Source: Emticicia sp. (lineage in GTDB: Bacteria; Bacteroidota; Bacteroidia; Cytophagales; Spirosomataceae). Taken from it: DNA of 59,582 bases. The notes under the pieces are model-generated. The model was given only the letters and a program-made list of their open reading frames with translations. It ran no database searches and was not told the DNA's origin. Positions 9,082-18,335 of the stretch are shown here, in pieces. Location of the stretch: NCBI GenBank assembly GCA_023254245.1, contig JALQYE010000004.1:1-59582 (forward strand), read 5' to 3'. The stretch's first letter is position 1, and each line of letters starts with the position of its first letter. Position numbers and translations under genes: made by a program.

Positions 9082-9903
9082 ATGAATATGCTACAAATTT
9101 TTATCGGAATGCTGATTTTGACTTTGATTGTTTTTGCTTGTTTACCCAAGAAAAAAACCAAAGAATACACATTTCAATATGACATCAGCAAGCCCAGCAA
9201 AAAAATGGAAATGCCTCAAAACTTAAAAGAAATTTCGGGCTTATCGTTTTACAAAGAAAATCAGCTTGCTTGTGTAAACGACGAAAAAGGTACCGTCTTT
9301 ATCTACGATTGGGCAAAGGAAAAAGTGGTAGAAACTATTGACATTGGTAAAAATGGCGACTACGAAGGTATTGAAGTAGTTGATGATGAGATTTTTATTA
9401 TGAAAAGCAACGGCAAAATCAAAGGTTTCAAAATCAGCGACGGTTCAGAAAGAAAAATTGATTGCTCGGATAAAGACGTAAAAGAATACGAAGGGCTTAG
9501 TTATCATCCACAAACCCAGAGCCTTTTGCTTGTAACCAAAGAAAAAGACAAGGATAAGAACGATAAAAAGACCATTTATGCTTATTCTCTGGCCACCAAA
9601 AAATTTGATAAATATCTGACTATTGATGAAGACCTTATAAAAGGCAGCGATGGTAAGAAAACCTTCGCACCATCGGGTATTGCCGTGCATCCAATTACGG
9701 GCGAAATTTTTATTATTTCTTCACAAGGCAAAAAGCTCTTGATATTATCGCCTAAAGGTGAAAAAAATGCACTCATCGAACTCGACCCTGAAACTTTCGT
9801 TCAGCCCGAAGGTATTTGTTTTACCCCTGATGGAAACCTGTATATTTCATCAGAAGGCAAGGATTCTAATGGGTATATCTTAAAATTTTTATTTTTTTTA
9901 TAA
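9082..9903 (+). CDS. SdiA-regulated (YjiK-like) beta-propeller protein, probable lipoprotein
   Basis: LKEISGL, DYEGI, EYEGL, FAPSGIAVHP, QPEGICF repeats; hydrophobic N-terminus ending VFAC; start placed at ATG 9082. Confidence 0.85.
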   Translation: MNMLQIFIGMLILTLIVFACLPKKKTKEYTFQYDISKPSKKMEMPQNLKEISGLSFYKENQLACVNDEKGTVFIYDWAKEKVVETIDIGKNGDYEGIEVVDDEIFIMKSNGKIKGFKISDGSERKIDCSDKDVKEYEGLSYHPQTQSLLLVTKEKDKDKNDKKTIYAYSLATKKFDKYLTIDEDLIKGSDGKKTFAPSGIAVHPITGEIFIISSQGKKLLILSPKGEKNALIELDPETFVQPEGICFTPDGNLYISSEGKDSNGYILKFLFFL

Positions 9904-10082
9904 TTTTTTTTGTATTGCTTTTTTACTGAAAGAATTTAAGAATTTCATACTATTTTCTTAAAATAATACAATTATAGAAAATTAAAATACAAGACTTGTT
10001 TAGTTTTTTTGAAAAAATATTAAACAAAAATTTAAGCATTCTGTTATTATTACATTGTTCAACTTAAAATAATAATTACTAC

Positions 10083-10835
10083 ATGTACAATTTATTCCTA
10101 AACATCGTCAACGTTGACGGCAAAGACCCCGTTTCATTTACATTCTTTACAGGTTACATGGCTATGTTGGCTGCATCTGTATTTTTCTTCTTCGAAAGAG
10201 GAAGTGTTGATGGGAAGTGGAAAACATCTCTTTTAGTTTCTGGTCTAATCACTGGTATTGCAGCGGTTCACTATTACTACATGAGAGATTTCTACGGAGC
10301 AACGGGCGAAACACCAGTAGCTTTGCGTTATATCGACTGGACACTTACAGTGCCATTGATGTGCGTTGAGTTTTATTTGCTCCTCAAACCAGCAGGTGCG
10401 AAACCAGCTTTCATGTGGAAGCTCATTGCAGCATCAGTATTAATGTTGGTAGCAGGATATATCGGTGAAGCTTTCAACCCAACTGCATCAACAAGTCACT
10501 CTGTGATGTGGGGTGTAATCTCAACAATTGGTTATGTTTATGTGCTGTACTCAGCTTGGGCTGGTGAAGCAAAGCAATTAGCTGCTTCTTCAAACTCAGA
10601 TTCAGTAAAATCAGGAATTCAGGCACTCGCTTGGTTTGTGTTGGCTGGCTGGGCAATCTACCCAATCGGTTACATGGCTGGCCCTGGTGGTTGGTTAGGT
10701 CCTGATGGTGCAGGTTTACTACAAACCAAAGATTTAAACTTATTTTACAACATTGCCGATGCAATCAATAAGATAGGTTTTGGTTTAGTGGTTTATAATA
10801 TAGCTACAACTGAGTCTAAAAAAGTTTTAGCTTAG
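10083..10835 (+). CDS. Proteorhodopsin-like microbial rhodopsin (DTE motif, predicted outward proton pump)
   Basis: Helix C RYIDWTLTVPLMCVE (D85/T89/E96, Met93 at the tuning site), helix B His63, GWAIYPIGY, helix G DAINK (retinal Lys). Confidence 0.96.
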   Translation: MYNLFLNIVNVDGKDPVSFTFFTGYMAMLAASVFFFFERGSVDGKWKTSLLVSGLITGIAAVHYYYMRDFYGATGETPVALRYIDWTLTVPLMCVEFYLLLKPAGAKPAFMWKLIAASVLMLVAGYIGEAFNPTASTSHSVMWGVISTIGYVYVLYSAWAGEAKQLAASSNSDSVKSGIQALAWFVLAGWAIYPIGYMAGPGGWLGPDGAGLLQTKDLNLFYNIADAINKIGFGLVVYNIATTESKKVLA

Positions 10836-10845
10836 AATCAGCGTT

Positions 10846-10891
10846 ATTTTTGCCCAAAGTCTTTGATTTTACAAAGACTTTGGGCAAAAAT
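10846..10891 (+). terminator. Strong hairpin between rhodopsin and blh
   Basis: 20-bp perfect stem ATTTTTGCCCAAAGTCTTTG/CAAAGACTTTGGGCAAAAAT with a 6-nt loop. Confidence 0.7.
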
Positions 10892-10947
10892 CTTTCTCTA
10901 CTCCGTCGTACAATCAGTTTCTTTTTTCTGCTAAATACTCAAAACCA

Positions 10948-11880
10948 ATGAGAATTATCCTCTTGTTTGTAGGCTTTGCTATGCTGTTTGTGCATCAATA
11001 TATACAGCATATTTCGGTAGAAGGCCAGTTTTTGGCGTTTGCAATAGGGATTCTATTTTTAGGGATTCCACACGGTGCCGCCGATTTACTGGTAGCTAAT
11101 CAGAATGCTAATAGTGAGAAAAAACAATTTTCAATGTTCTTCTTTTTTACCAATTATTTAGGCCGACTCGTAGGTTTTGGTGCAATACTTTGGTTTTTTC
11201 CGTTGATTGGAAATATTTTGTTTATTTTTCTGGCGGCCTATCACTTTGGAGAAACTGACTTACATCGCTTCAGAACCAACACTTTTTGGGGTAAAGTTTT
11301 GGTAATGAACTACGGTTTGGTTATTTTAAGCATCATTCTGATGCCTAACTTTAATGAAGTTCGACCAATTTTATTACTTTTCAAGGCAGGGGCTGATAAT
11401 CTGGCATTTATCAATTGGCTTGATTCGCACCGAATAAGCTTAATTTTTTCAGCAATTGTTTTATTTTTGTTGAGTATCGGTATTTACTTCGCCCAAAATA
11501 AAGACACTAAGTTTTCAGAAAGTCAATACTTTTCCATACAATTTGTTTTAATTCTGACTATCTTATACAACCTCCCGATGGTTCTGGGGTTCACCTTTTA
11601 TTTTGTTATTTGGCACTCAACTCTCTCTCTCAAAAACATCACTTCTTACCTCCGAAATAATAGTAGTTTTAATACTGCCAACCGTGTCATACGACAAATT
11701 GTATTTTACAGTTTATTGGCTATTGGCGGCATTTTACTCTTTGGATTTACGGGCTTTATGTTCGTTAATAATAACGCAATAATGGCCTATAGCTTTTTGG
11801 GGCTTGCCGTGCTTACGGCTCCACACATGCAAGTCATGCACGATATGTACCATAAAATTCGCATGAAGCATAGTGCCTGA
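10948..11880 (+). CDS. blh: Brp/Blh family beta-carotene 15,15'-dioxygenase (retinal synthesis)
   Basis: Four His motifs GIPHGAAD, AYHFGETD, IWHS, LTAPHM; highly hydrophobic; adjacent to rhodopsin. Confidence 0.95.
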   Translation: MRIILLFVGFAMLFVHQYIQHISVEGQFLAFAIGILFLGIPHGAADLLVANQNANSEKKQFSMFFFFTNYLGRLVGFGAILWFFPLIGNILFIFLAAYHFGETDLHRFRTNTFWGKVLVMNYGLVILSIILMPNFNEVRPILLLFKAGADNLAFINWLDSHRISLIFSAIVLFLLSIGIYFAQNKDTKFSESQYFSIQFVLILTILYNLPMVLGFTFYFVIWHSTLSLKNITSYLRNNSSFNTANRVIRQIVFYSLLAIGGILLFGFTGFMFVNNNAIMAYSFLGLAVLTAPHMQVMHDMYHKIRMKHSA

Positions 11881-11937
11881 ATGCAATCTTGATTTGTTTT
11901 TGTACTTTTACCGTGTAAACTTCAAAAACAATCAATT

Positions 11938-14070
11938 ATGAGAATAATTCTAACCCTTATCTTTTTCTCAAACTTAGTTTTTGCCCAAGTTGGCAAAGAA
12001 AAAGTTTTAGTAACCGACCTTACCCGAATCAAACAAATTGGTTCTATCAGCATCGCTCCCGATGGAAAAAAAGCCATTTACTCGCTCCGAACTTCCGAAC
12101 CCAGCGAAGAAAATAAACTTGAGTACGACTATCGAACGCATTTATTTTTGACTGATTTTCAGACAGTTAAGCAAATCACTCGTGGAACTGAGAGCGTAGG
12201 AAGTGCATCGTGGTCGCCTGACAGCAAACAAATTGCCTTTGCCCGAAATGTAAAAGGTAAATCTCAAATTTTTGTTATGCCCCTTGATGGAGGCGAAGCC
12301 TTTCAGCTAACTGACTCAAAATACGGAGCATCGAACCCAAATTGGTCGAAAGATGGTTCAAAAATCTCTTTCAGCGTGGGCTTATCTTTAACCGAACTTT
12401 TAAAGGATTCTGTATTAAATCCATCAAAAGGTGTTCCTGCTTGGTCATTAGAAAAACCAGGTTTTGCGAAAAATGAGTTTTTAAAACCTGCCAAAGGCGT
12501 AAAACCAAATCCCGATGGCACAATCGAAGAAATCAGAGCGTATTTGGAAAAAGATGTAGAAGATAAAAAAGCAAAGGTTATCAATCGTCTTACTTTTCAA
12601 GGAGAAGCCACTACTCAGCCCGAGTTGAATTTTTCACATATCTATACAATCGAAGTAAAAGAAGGTGCAAAAGCAATGCCTCTCACAACTGGCTTCAGAA
12701 GTTACGGCGGCGGAGCATGGCTACAAGATGGACAAATTGCTGTACAAACAGCCCTCGATTCACTGCAACACCCTGACCGTGAACAAGATAATAGAGTTTT
12801 GGTGATGAACCCTGATGGGTCGAATCGTAAGACAATTTTAGGTGAAAAAGGGAAATCGTTTGGAGGTGTAACTTGGTCGCCTGATGGAAAAAGCATCGTT
12901 TATACGAAATCAAACTCACAAGGTGTAAATATTGGCGATTTGTACATCGCAAAAGCTGATGGCACAAATCCGCAACTCATTAAATTTGACCGCTCAGTGG
13001 GTGGACTAACGTGGTCGAAAGACATGAAGTATGTCTATTTTACGGCACAATCAAACGGTGGACAACCGATTTACAGAATTGATGTGCAAACAAAGAAAAT
13101 TGAGCAATTAACTGATTTTGAGTCGGGTATTTTAGGTTTTGATTTATCGGCCGATAAAATACTCTATTCAAAAACCGAAGTGGCTAACCCCAATGAACTT
13201 TATGTAGCCGATTTACAGATGAAAAATCCTGTAAAACTGACTTCGGTAAATGATTGGGTAAAAAACAAAGCATTGAGTTTTCCAGAAAAACGAACATATA
13301 CCAACTCAAAAGGCCAAAAAGTTGAATACTGGATAATGAAACCTTCTAATTTTGAGGCAGGAAAAAAATACCCGCTTTTATTAAATATGCACGGAGGCCC
13401 AACGGCTATGTGGGGGCCAGGTGAATTTTCAATGTGGCACGAACACCAATATTTTTGTTCGCAAGGTTATGGTGTAGTTTATGCCAATCCAAGAGGTTCG
13501 GGTGGTTATGGTGTAGATTTCTTGCGTGCTAATATTAAAGATTGGGGAACTGGCCCAACCGAAGACGTTTTGGCTGCGGCAACTGATGCCGCAAAAGCAT
13601 CATGGGTCGATACTTCACGTCAAGTAATTACAGGTGGCTCTTATGCTGGCTACCTAACGGCTTGGATTGTGGCTCACGACCACCGTTTCAAGGCTGCTTT
13701 TGCTCAACGTGGCGTTTATGACCTTACAACATTCTTAGGCGAAGGAAACGCATGGCGTTTGATTCCGAGCTATTTTAATTATCCGTGGAACGATACACAA
13801 GAGAAAGTATTGGAAACCAACTCACCTTATACATTCGTCGATAAAATTCGTACGCCTTTGCTCATCAAACACGGCGAAAACGACCTTCGTACGGGCGTAA
13901 TTCAAAGCGAAATGATGTATAAATCAATGAAAATCATGGGTAAAGAAGTAGAATACGTAAGAATGCCTGGTGGTACGCACGAGCTTTCACGCACAGGAAA
14001 CGTTCGCCAAAGAATCGACCGTATGCTACGCATTTATGAGTTCTTTGAAAGATTTGTTGGGAAGAAGTAA
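11938..14070 (+). CDS. S9 family peptidase (acylaminoacyl/dipeptidyl peptidase-like), exported
   Basis: Signal peptide, WSPDG propeller repeats, HGGP, GGSYAG nucleophile, DLRT, GTHEL. Confidence 0.93.
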   Translation: MRIILTLIFFSNLVFAQVGKEKVLVTDLTRIKQIGSISIAPDGKKAIYSLRTSEPSEENKLEYDYRTHLFLTDFQTVKQITRGTESVGSASWSPDSKQIAFARNVKGKSQIFVMPLDGGEAFQLTDSKYGASNPNWSKDGSKISFSVGLSLTELLKDSVLNPSKGVPAWSLEKPGFAKNEFLKPAKGVKPNPDGTIEEIRAYLEKDVEDKKAKVINRLTFQGEATTQPELNFSHIYTIEVKEGAKAMPLTTGFRSYGGGAWLQDGQIAVQTALDSLQHPDREQDNRVLVMNPDGSNRKTILGEKGKSFGGVTWSPDGKSIVYTKSNSQGVNIGDLYIAKADGTNPQLIKFDRSVGGLTWSKDMKYVYFTAQSNGGQPIYRIDVQTKKIEQLTDFESGILGFDLSADKILYSKTEVANPNELYVADLQMKNPVKLTSVNDWVKNKALSFPEKRTYTNSKGQKVEYWIMKPSNFEAGKKYPLLLNMHGGPTAMWGPGEFSMWHEHQYFCSQGYGVVYANPRGSGGYGVDFLRANIKDWGTGPTEDVLAAATDAAKASWVDTSRQVITGGSYAGYLTAWIVAHDHRFKAAFAQRGVYDLTTFLGEGNAWRLIPSYFNYPWNDTQEKVLETNSPYTFVDKIRTPLLIKHGENDLRTGVIQSEMMYKSMKIMGKEVEYVRMPGGTHELSRTGNVRQRIDRMLRIYEFFERFVGKK

Positions 14071-14075
14071 AACCT

Positions 14076-14149
14076 TCGCTCGTTTCCTTCAACTACGTTC
14101 AGGAAACGAGCGAGCTACAAAAAAAGCCGAGGCAAAACCTCGGCTTTTT
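14076..14149. terminator. Two tandem hairpins between convergent genes; the second is a bidirectional terminator
   Basis: TCGCTCGTTTCCT/AGGAAACGAGCGA, then AAAAAGCCGAGG/CCTCGGCTTTTT. Confidence 0.75.
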
Positions 14150-14170
14150 ATTACTACACTTACCTAAACC

Positions 14171-14656
14171 CTAAAACTCCATAGGTACGCTCACACTCGT
14201 CGTATCCCAGGAAATGGTTAAAGTCTTGTCGTCAGTAGTGATTGTCAATTTCTCTACTACATCTTTTAATGTTTTTACAGGAACTGTAACTTCGGCCACG
14301 TTTTTATCTTTAATTTTATCGTATCCGTATGCTCCCCATTGTTTTAATTCGCTATTCAAAATAATAGTCCATTCTTTTTCTCCCAATTTTGAGAATAAAG
14401 AATAAGTACCTGCTTTCACAGATTTACCACCAAACTTTACATCTTTTTTAAAGGTGATTTCGGTTGCTTCATTAGCACCCGTACGCCATACCGTTCCGAA
14501 TTTCTCTAAACCACCAAAAACTACACGTCCTTTTTTAGATGGTTGACCATAAGATACTTTTACATTAGCACTCTCGGCTGATACTCTTGGACTTTGTGCA
14601 AACGATAATGTGCTGATTAGCAACATCAAAGAAAGAAAAGATACTACTTTTTTCAT
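14171..14656 (-). CDS. DUF2911 domain-containing exported protein
   Basis: Signal peptide, VSYGQPSKKGRVVFG, WRTGANEAT, WGAYGYD. Confidence 0.9.
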   Translation of the reverse strand: MKKVVSFLSLMLLISTLSFAQSPRVSAESANVKVSYGQPSKKGRVVFGGLEKFGTVWRTGANEATEITFKKDVKFGGKSVKAGTYSLFSKLGEKEWTIILNSELKQWGAYGYDKIKDKNVAEVTVPVKTLKDVVEKLTITTDDKTLTISWDTTSVSVPMEF

Positions 14657-14769
14657 ACAAGTTAGATTTGTGATATATGTTTATAAACGATAAAGAATGT
14701 ATTTTAGTTTGAAATATGTTAGTTTTTCTAAAAATTATCTTACCTTTTTTGATTAAACGGTAAGATAAT

Positions 14770-15507
14770 TTACTCTTTCACTTTTTGTATATAAAGCTTT
14801 GCCATTTCTCGTGGATTAGTTGGTTCTGGATTTACCTTATCTGACTCCAACAAACCATCACGCAAACGAATGATTCGGTGCGAATATTTGGCAATATCTT
14901 CTTCGTGCGTCACCATTACGATAGTGTTTCCTTTTGAATAAAGTTGGTCAAACAACTCCATGATTTCATACGAAGTTTTAGTATCCAAGTTTCCTGTTGG
15001 TTCATCGGCTAATAGAATACTTGGGTCATTTACTAAGGCACGAGCAATGGCCACACGCTGGCGTTGTCCACCTGAAAGTTCGTTAGGTTTATGATGAGCT
15101 CTATTATCAAGACCAACGTTTTTGAGAGCAAGCATGGCTTTTTCTGTTCTCTGCGATTTGGTATATCCTGCATAAATCAACGGCAAAGCCACATTTTCGA
15201 GAGCTGATTGACGAGGAAGCAAGTTAAACGTCTGAAAAACGAATCCAATTTCTTTATTTCTTACTTCGGCAAGCTCATTTTCGCTCATGCTACTTACATC
15301 GTGGTTATTTAAAACGTATCGTCCACCAGTTGGAGAATCCAAACAACCAATAATATTCATTAACGTAGATTTCCCAGAACCCGAAGGTCCCATAAATGCT
15401 ACATATTCACCTTTATCGACCGAAATCGTTACCGACTTTAAGGCGTCAATAATTTCGCTACCCATGATGTAGCGTTTAGAAATATTGGTTGTTTCGATGA
15501 TTTTCAT
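14770..15507 (-). CDS. ABC transporter ATP-binding protein (MacB/LolD-like)
   Basis: Walker [33 protein letters not shown]. Confidence 0.95.
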   Translation of the reverse strand: MKIIETTNISKRYIMGSEIIDALKSVTISVDKGEYVAFMGPSGSGKSTLMNIIGCLDSPTGGRYVLNNHDVSSMSENELAEVRNKEIGFVFQTFNLLPRQSALENVALPLIYAGYTKSQRTEKAMLALKNVGLDNRAHHKPNELSGGQRQRVAIARALVNDPSILLADEPTGNLDTKTSYEIMELFDQLYSKGNTIVMVTHEEDIAKYSHRIIRLRDGLLESDKVNPEPTNPREMAKLYIQKVKE

Positions 15508-15510
15508 AAA

Positions 15511-15583
15511 CCCCTAACCCCTAAAGGGGGACTTTTTTTCAGATATTGAATTCAAATTTTCACCCCCCTTTAGGGGTTAGGGG
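15511..15583. repeat. CCCCTAACCCCTAAAGGGG REP-like doublet (family B)
   Basis: 20-bp perfect inverted repeat, 15511-15530 and 15564-15583; related copies at 39580-39713 and 54471-54557. Confidence 0.85.
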
Positions 15584-15597
15584 GTCAAGTTAGTAGA

Positions 15598-18192
15598 TTA
15601 TTCAAAACCGTCCTTTGTTTTTTCCATCAATGCTTTTTGGGCTTGATAGGTGGAAAGAAATGCTTGATAATCGGCAGGACTACTTAGCTGCTGTACTTTA
15701 GCCAAGCCATCGGCCACGTAATCAGTCAAACCAATTTTGAGCGATTGAAGCGTATAAAGTTTCCAGATTTCGGCAGAAGTATCATTCAATTCAGCAGCTC
15801 GGAAAACGAAATTGTAGGCATCGTTAGGCTTTTTGAGTGTATTGTTATAAAAATCAACGACTTTATTCAAAACGTACGGATTTAGCGGATTTTCCTGCAA
15901 AATCTTATCAAAATCAGTTTTACTATTCTGATTTTTCACTAATGCCATTTTAAATATTTCCTCTGCTTTTGCTTTTTGGAAATCGGCGATTGTTTGTTGA
16001 TAATTTTGTTTCTGTAAAACCTCTACTGAAGAAACATCGCCAGCTTTGCTGAGTAATTCTACCGCTTTATCATACACGCCTTGTTGCAAAAACCACATTC
16101 CCGCTACTTGATTATAGAGTGGCTTATGTTTGGTAGAATCATTGGCCAAAACAGCCAGCTGCTTCAATCCATCAAGTTTATTCTCTCTAAAATAATTTCG
16201 ACAAGAAATGGCAAATTCTAAATCTTCAAAGAAATCATTGTTTACTTCTTTTCGCTGAATATTCTGCAAATCTTTGCTCGAATATGGAAACATGGCATTA
16301 TTGAACGACGACAAATTATAAAGCAAAGCAAATTGACTGACATTTATGGCTGAATCTTTCGTGAATTCGATATTTGTTGTTGCTTGTTTTTGCAATATTT
16401 TATCTGCTGCCGCCCTATTTGCACGAAGGCTCATACTTTTAGCAGCTCGATTGTCTCCACCAATTTTTGGATTTGACGACCTCATTGCGGTAAGAAGGGA
16501 ATCTTTTTCGCCATACTTTAACTGATATGCCAATAAATTAGATTCTGCCAAATCGCAGTCAGAGCAATTTATTTTTGCTAAATTCAGATAATAAAAAGTC
16601 GAATCAAGCACTTTTGTTTTTTCGTATAGGAAAGCTATGTTGGTCAAAAGTTGTTGGTTTTTCGGGAATTTACTCACGCCTTCACGCAACGTGAAGAGAG
16701 CATCAAAAAACATATCCTTTTCTTGCAATACTTTACTCAAACCCGCATACGCAAACGGACTGGCGTTTTTTTCTAAGGCATTTTTCAGAAATAGCCCCGT
16801 ATTTTCTTTATCTCCATTGTTTAAAGCCAACGAAGCCAACGCATAATTTGATTTATGGTTACGAATATCAAAATGTAAAGCTTCTTTGTAAAAAGTCTCA
16901 GCCGCTTGAAAATCTTCGGTGGCAGTATAATAATCGGCAATGGTATTGTAGTAGCCTGCTTTTGTTTGAAAGTAATTATTATAGTTTTTGAATGAAATCA
17001 GCATGAAAACCAAAATAGCAGCGGCCATGCGGAAAAGTAGTAGTTCATAAAACTTTGGTTTGTAAATTACTTTATGTACTTCTAAGCCTTTTTGGAGCGG
17101 CTGTGTAAAGTTTATCAACACATAAAAGAAAAAGCACAGCCCCATAGCTACGTGGACATACGAGATAAAATCCTCGAAGGCTTCAATGAGTGGGTCGTTG
17201 GCCGTTGCGTAAGCGTAGCCAATCGTAGCAGTAGTGATAATACCCAACCCTAAATAAAACCAAGAGCCAATGTTGCGGTAATCGAAGAAATTTGATTGCT
17301 CAGAATAATCTCTGAAACCCCAAATCCCTAAAACCATTGAAATGCCAAACAAAGCCACTGGATTGATAGAAATAATGTTCCAGTCGATGTACTGCGATTT
17401 TTCGAGGTAAATCAGAAGCACATTAAGCAAATAGATGCTCGAAATTGCCAAGAACGAAGGAATATGATTGCGATTTTTCACGCCCGAATTTGACACAATC
17501 CAAACTAAACTGGCCGAGATTTCGTGAGCGACCAATAAAATAAAAATTGATGACAAAACTATTGCCGAAAGTAATCCATAAGAAAAAATCGCTAAACTTG
17601 GATTTGGAGCCTTTGCAAAGAAACTAATTAAAACGGCAGCAGCTACACTCAGGACCAAAAACGCTAAGAATCTTTTTTGGACATTTATTTGTGGAGCAAA
17701 CGTATTGAAATAAAACGCCAAACCGGCAAACGCACCAAAAGCCACCAAAAATGGCAGTTGATTAACGGTATTAAAAGCAATTTCGAGATGAAAAGTTATC
17801 AGAATACCAGCCAGCAAGGCCATTCCTCCCAAAAACCAATAACGACTCATGCCCGAAAACGCACTTAGCAATAAACTCAAACCCAGCATAAACAATACTG
17901 CAAAAGCATGGTTTGCCCAAAAGTTGATGCTCATCATCGAAGCCAAATAACGCTCTTTCACGATATAGGCATTTCCGTTAATGGTAAACTTTAACTGGCC
18001 ATCCGAGAAAGTATCTAAGGCAGCAGGAATTTCATCAAGCTCGCTCAAAATATCCCAGTGGATAACATTCCCTAAGCCTTGAAACCAATAAAAACAAAGT
18101 AATAAAATAGATAAGAAAAGAATCGTAAGAATAAAAACAAAGCTAAATCGTTCATTTTTAGGCCAGTTTCGCCAAAAAAAGAGTTTTTGCAT
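15598..18192 (-). CDS. Hypothetical polytopic membrane protein with C-terminal TPR-like helical region
   Basis: 864-aa ORF; many hydrophobic segments in the N-terminal half; TPR-like motifs (AETFYKEAL..NHKSNYALA) after them. Confidence 0.8.
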   Translation of the reverse strand: MQKLFFWRNWPKNERFSFVFILTILFLSILLLCFYWFQGLGNVIHWDILSELDEIPAALDTFSDGQLKFTINGNAYIVKERYLASMMSINFWANHAFAVLFMLGLSLLLSAFSGMSRYWFLGGMALLAGILITFHLEIAFNTVNQLPFLVAFGAFAGLAFYFNTFAPQINVQKRFLAFLVLSVAAAVLISFFAKAPNPSLAIFSYGLLSAIVLSSIFILLVAHEISASLVWIVSNSGVKNRNHIPSFLAISSIYLLNVLLIYLEKSQYIDWNIISINPVALFGISMVLGIWGFRDYSEQSNFFDYRNIGSWFYLGLGIITTATIGYAYATANDPLIEAFEDFISYVHVAMGLCFFFYVLINFTQPLQKGLEVHKVIYKPKFYELLLFRMAAAILVFMLISFKNYNNYFQTKAGYYNTIADYYTATEDFQAAETFYKEALHFDIRNHKSNYALASLALNNGDKENTGLFLKNALEKNASPFAYAGLSKVLQEKDMFFDALFTLREGVSKFPKNQQLLTNIAFLYEKTKVLDSTFYYLNLAKINCSDCDLAESNLLAYQLKYGEKDSLLTAMRSSNPKIGGDNRAAKSMSLRANRAAADKILQKQATTNIEFTKDSAINVSQFALLYNLSSFNNAMFPYSSKDLQNIQRKEVNNDFFEDLEFAISCRNYFRENKLDGLKQLAVLANDSTKHKPLYNQVAGMWFLQQGVYDKAVELLSKAGDVSSVEVLQKQNYQQTIADFQKAKAEEIFKMALVKNQNSKTDFDKILQENPLNPYVLNKVVDFYNNTLKKPNDAYNFVFRAAELNDTSAEIWKLYTLQSLKIGLTDYVADGLAKVQQLSSPADYQAFLSTYQAQKALMEKTKDGFE

Positions 18193-18207
18193 AATTATAT
18201 CAAGAGT

Positions 18208-18223
18208 TTTTCCACGTGAAACA
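18208..18223. promoter_or_regulatory. parS-like site
   Basis: TTTTCCACGTGAAACA, one mismatch to TGTTNCACGTGAAACA. Confidence 0.6.
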
Positions 18224-18228
18224 CCAAC

Positions 18229-18248
18229 TTATCCACAGCTTTTGCACA
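18229..18248 (+). promoter_or_regulatory. Tandem DnaA boxes
   Basis: TTATCCACA (18229-18237, perfect) and TTTTGCACA (18240-18248, fits TTWTNCACA), 2 nt apart. Confidence 0.6.
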
Positions 18249-18335
18249 CGCATTATAAATATTTGAGTCGTGAAGATAACGTAAAAACATTGTTTGATTA
18301 TATTTGCGGTTCTAAAAAACTAAACAGCTCAGAAA

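Noticed and set aside
15511-15585. TTAGGGG runs as telomere-like or G-quadruplex sequence
   Set aside because: Only three G-runs per strand, and they are fully complementary to the other arm, so a hairpin explains them
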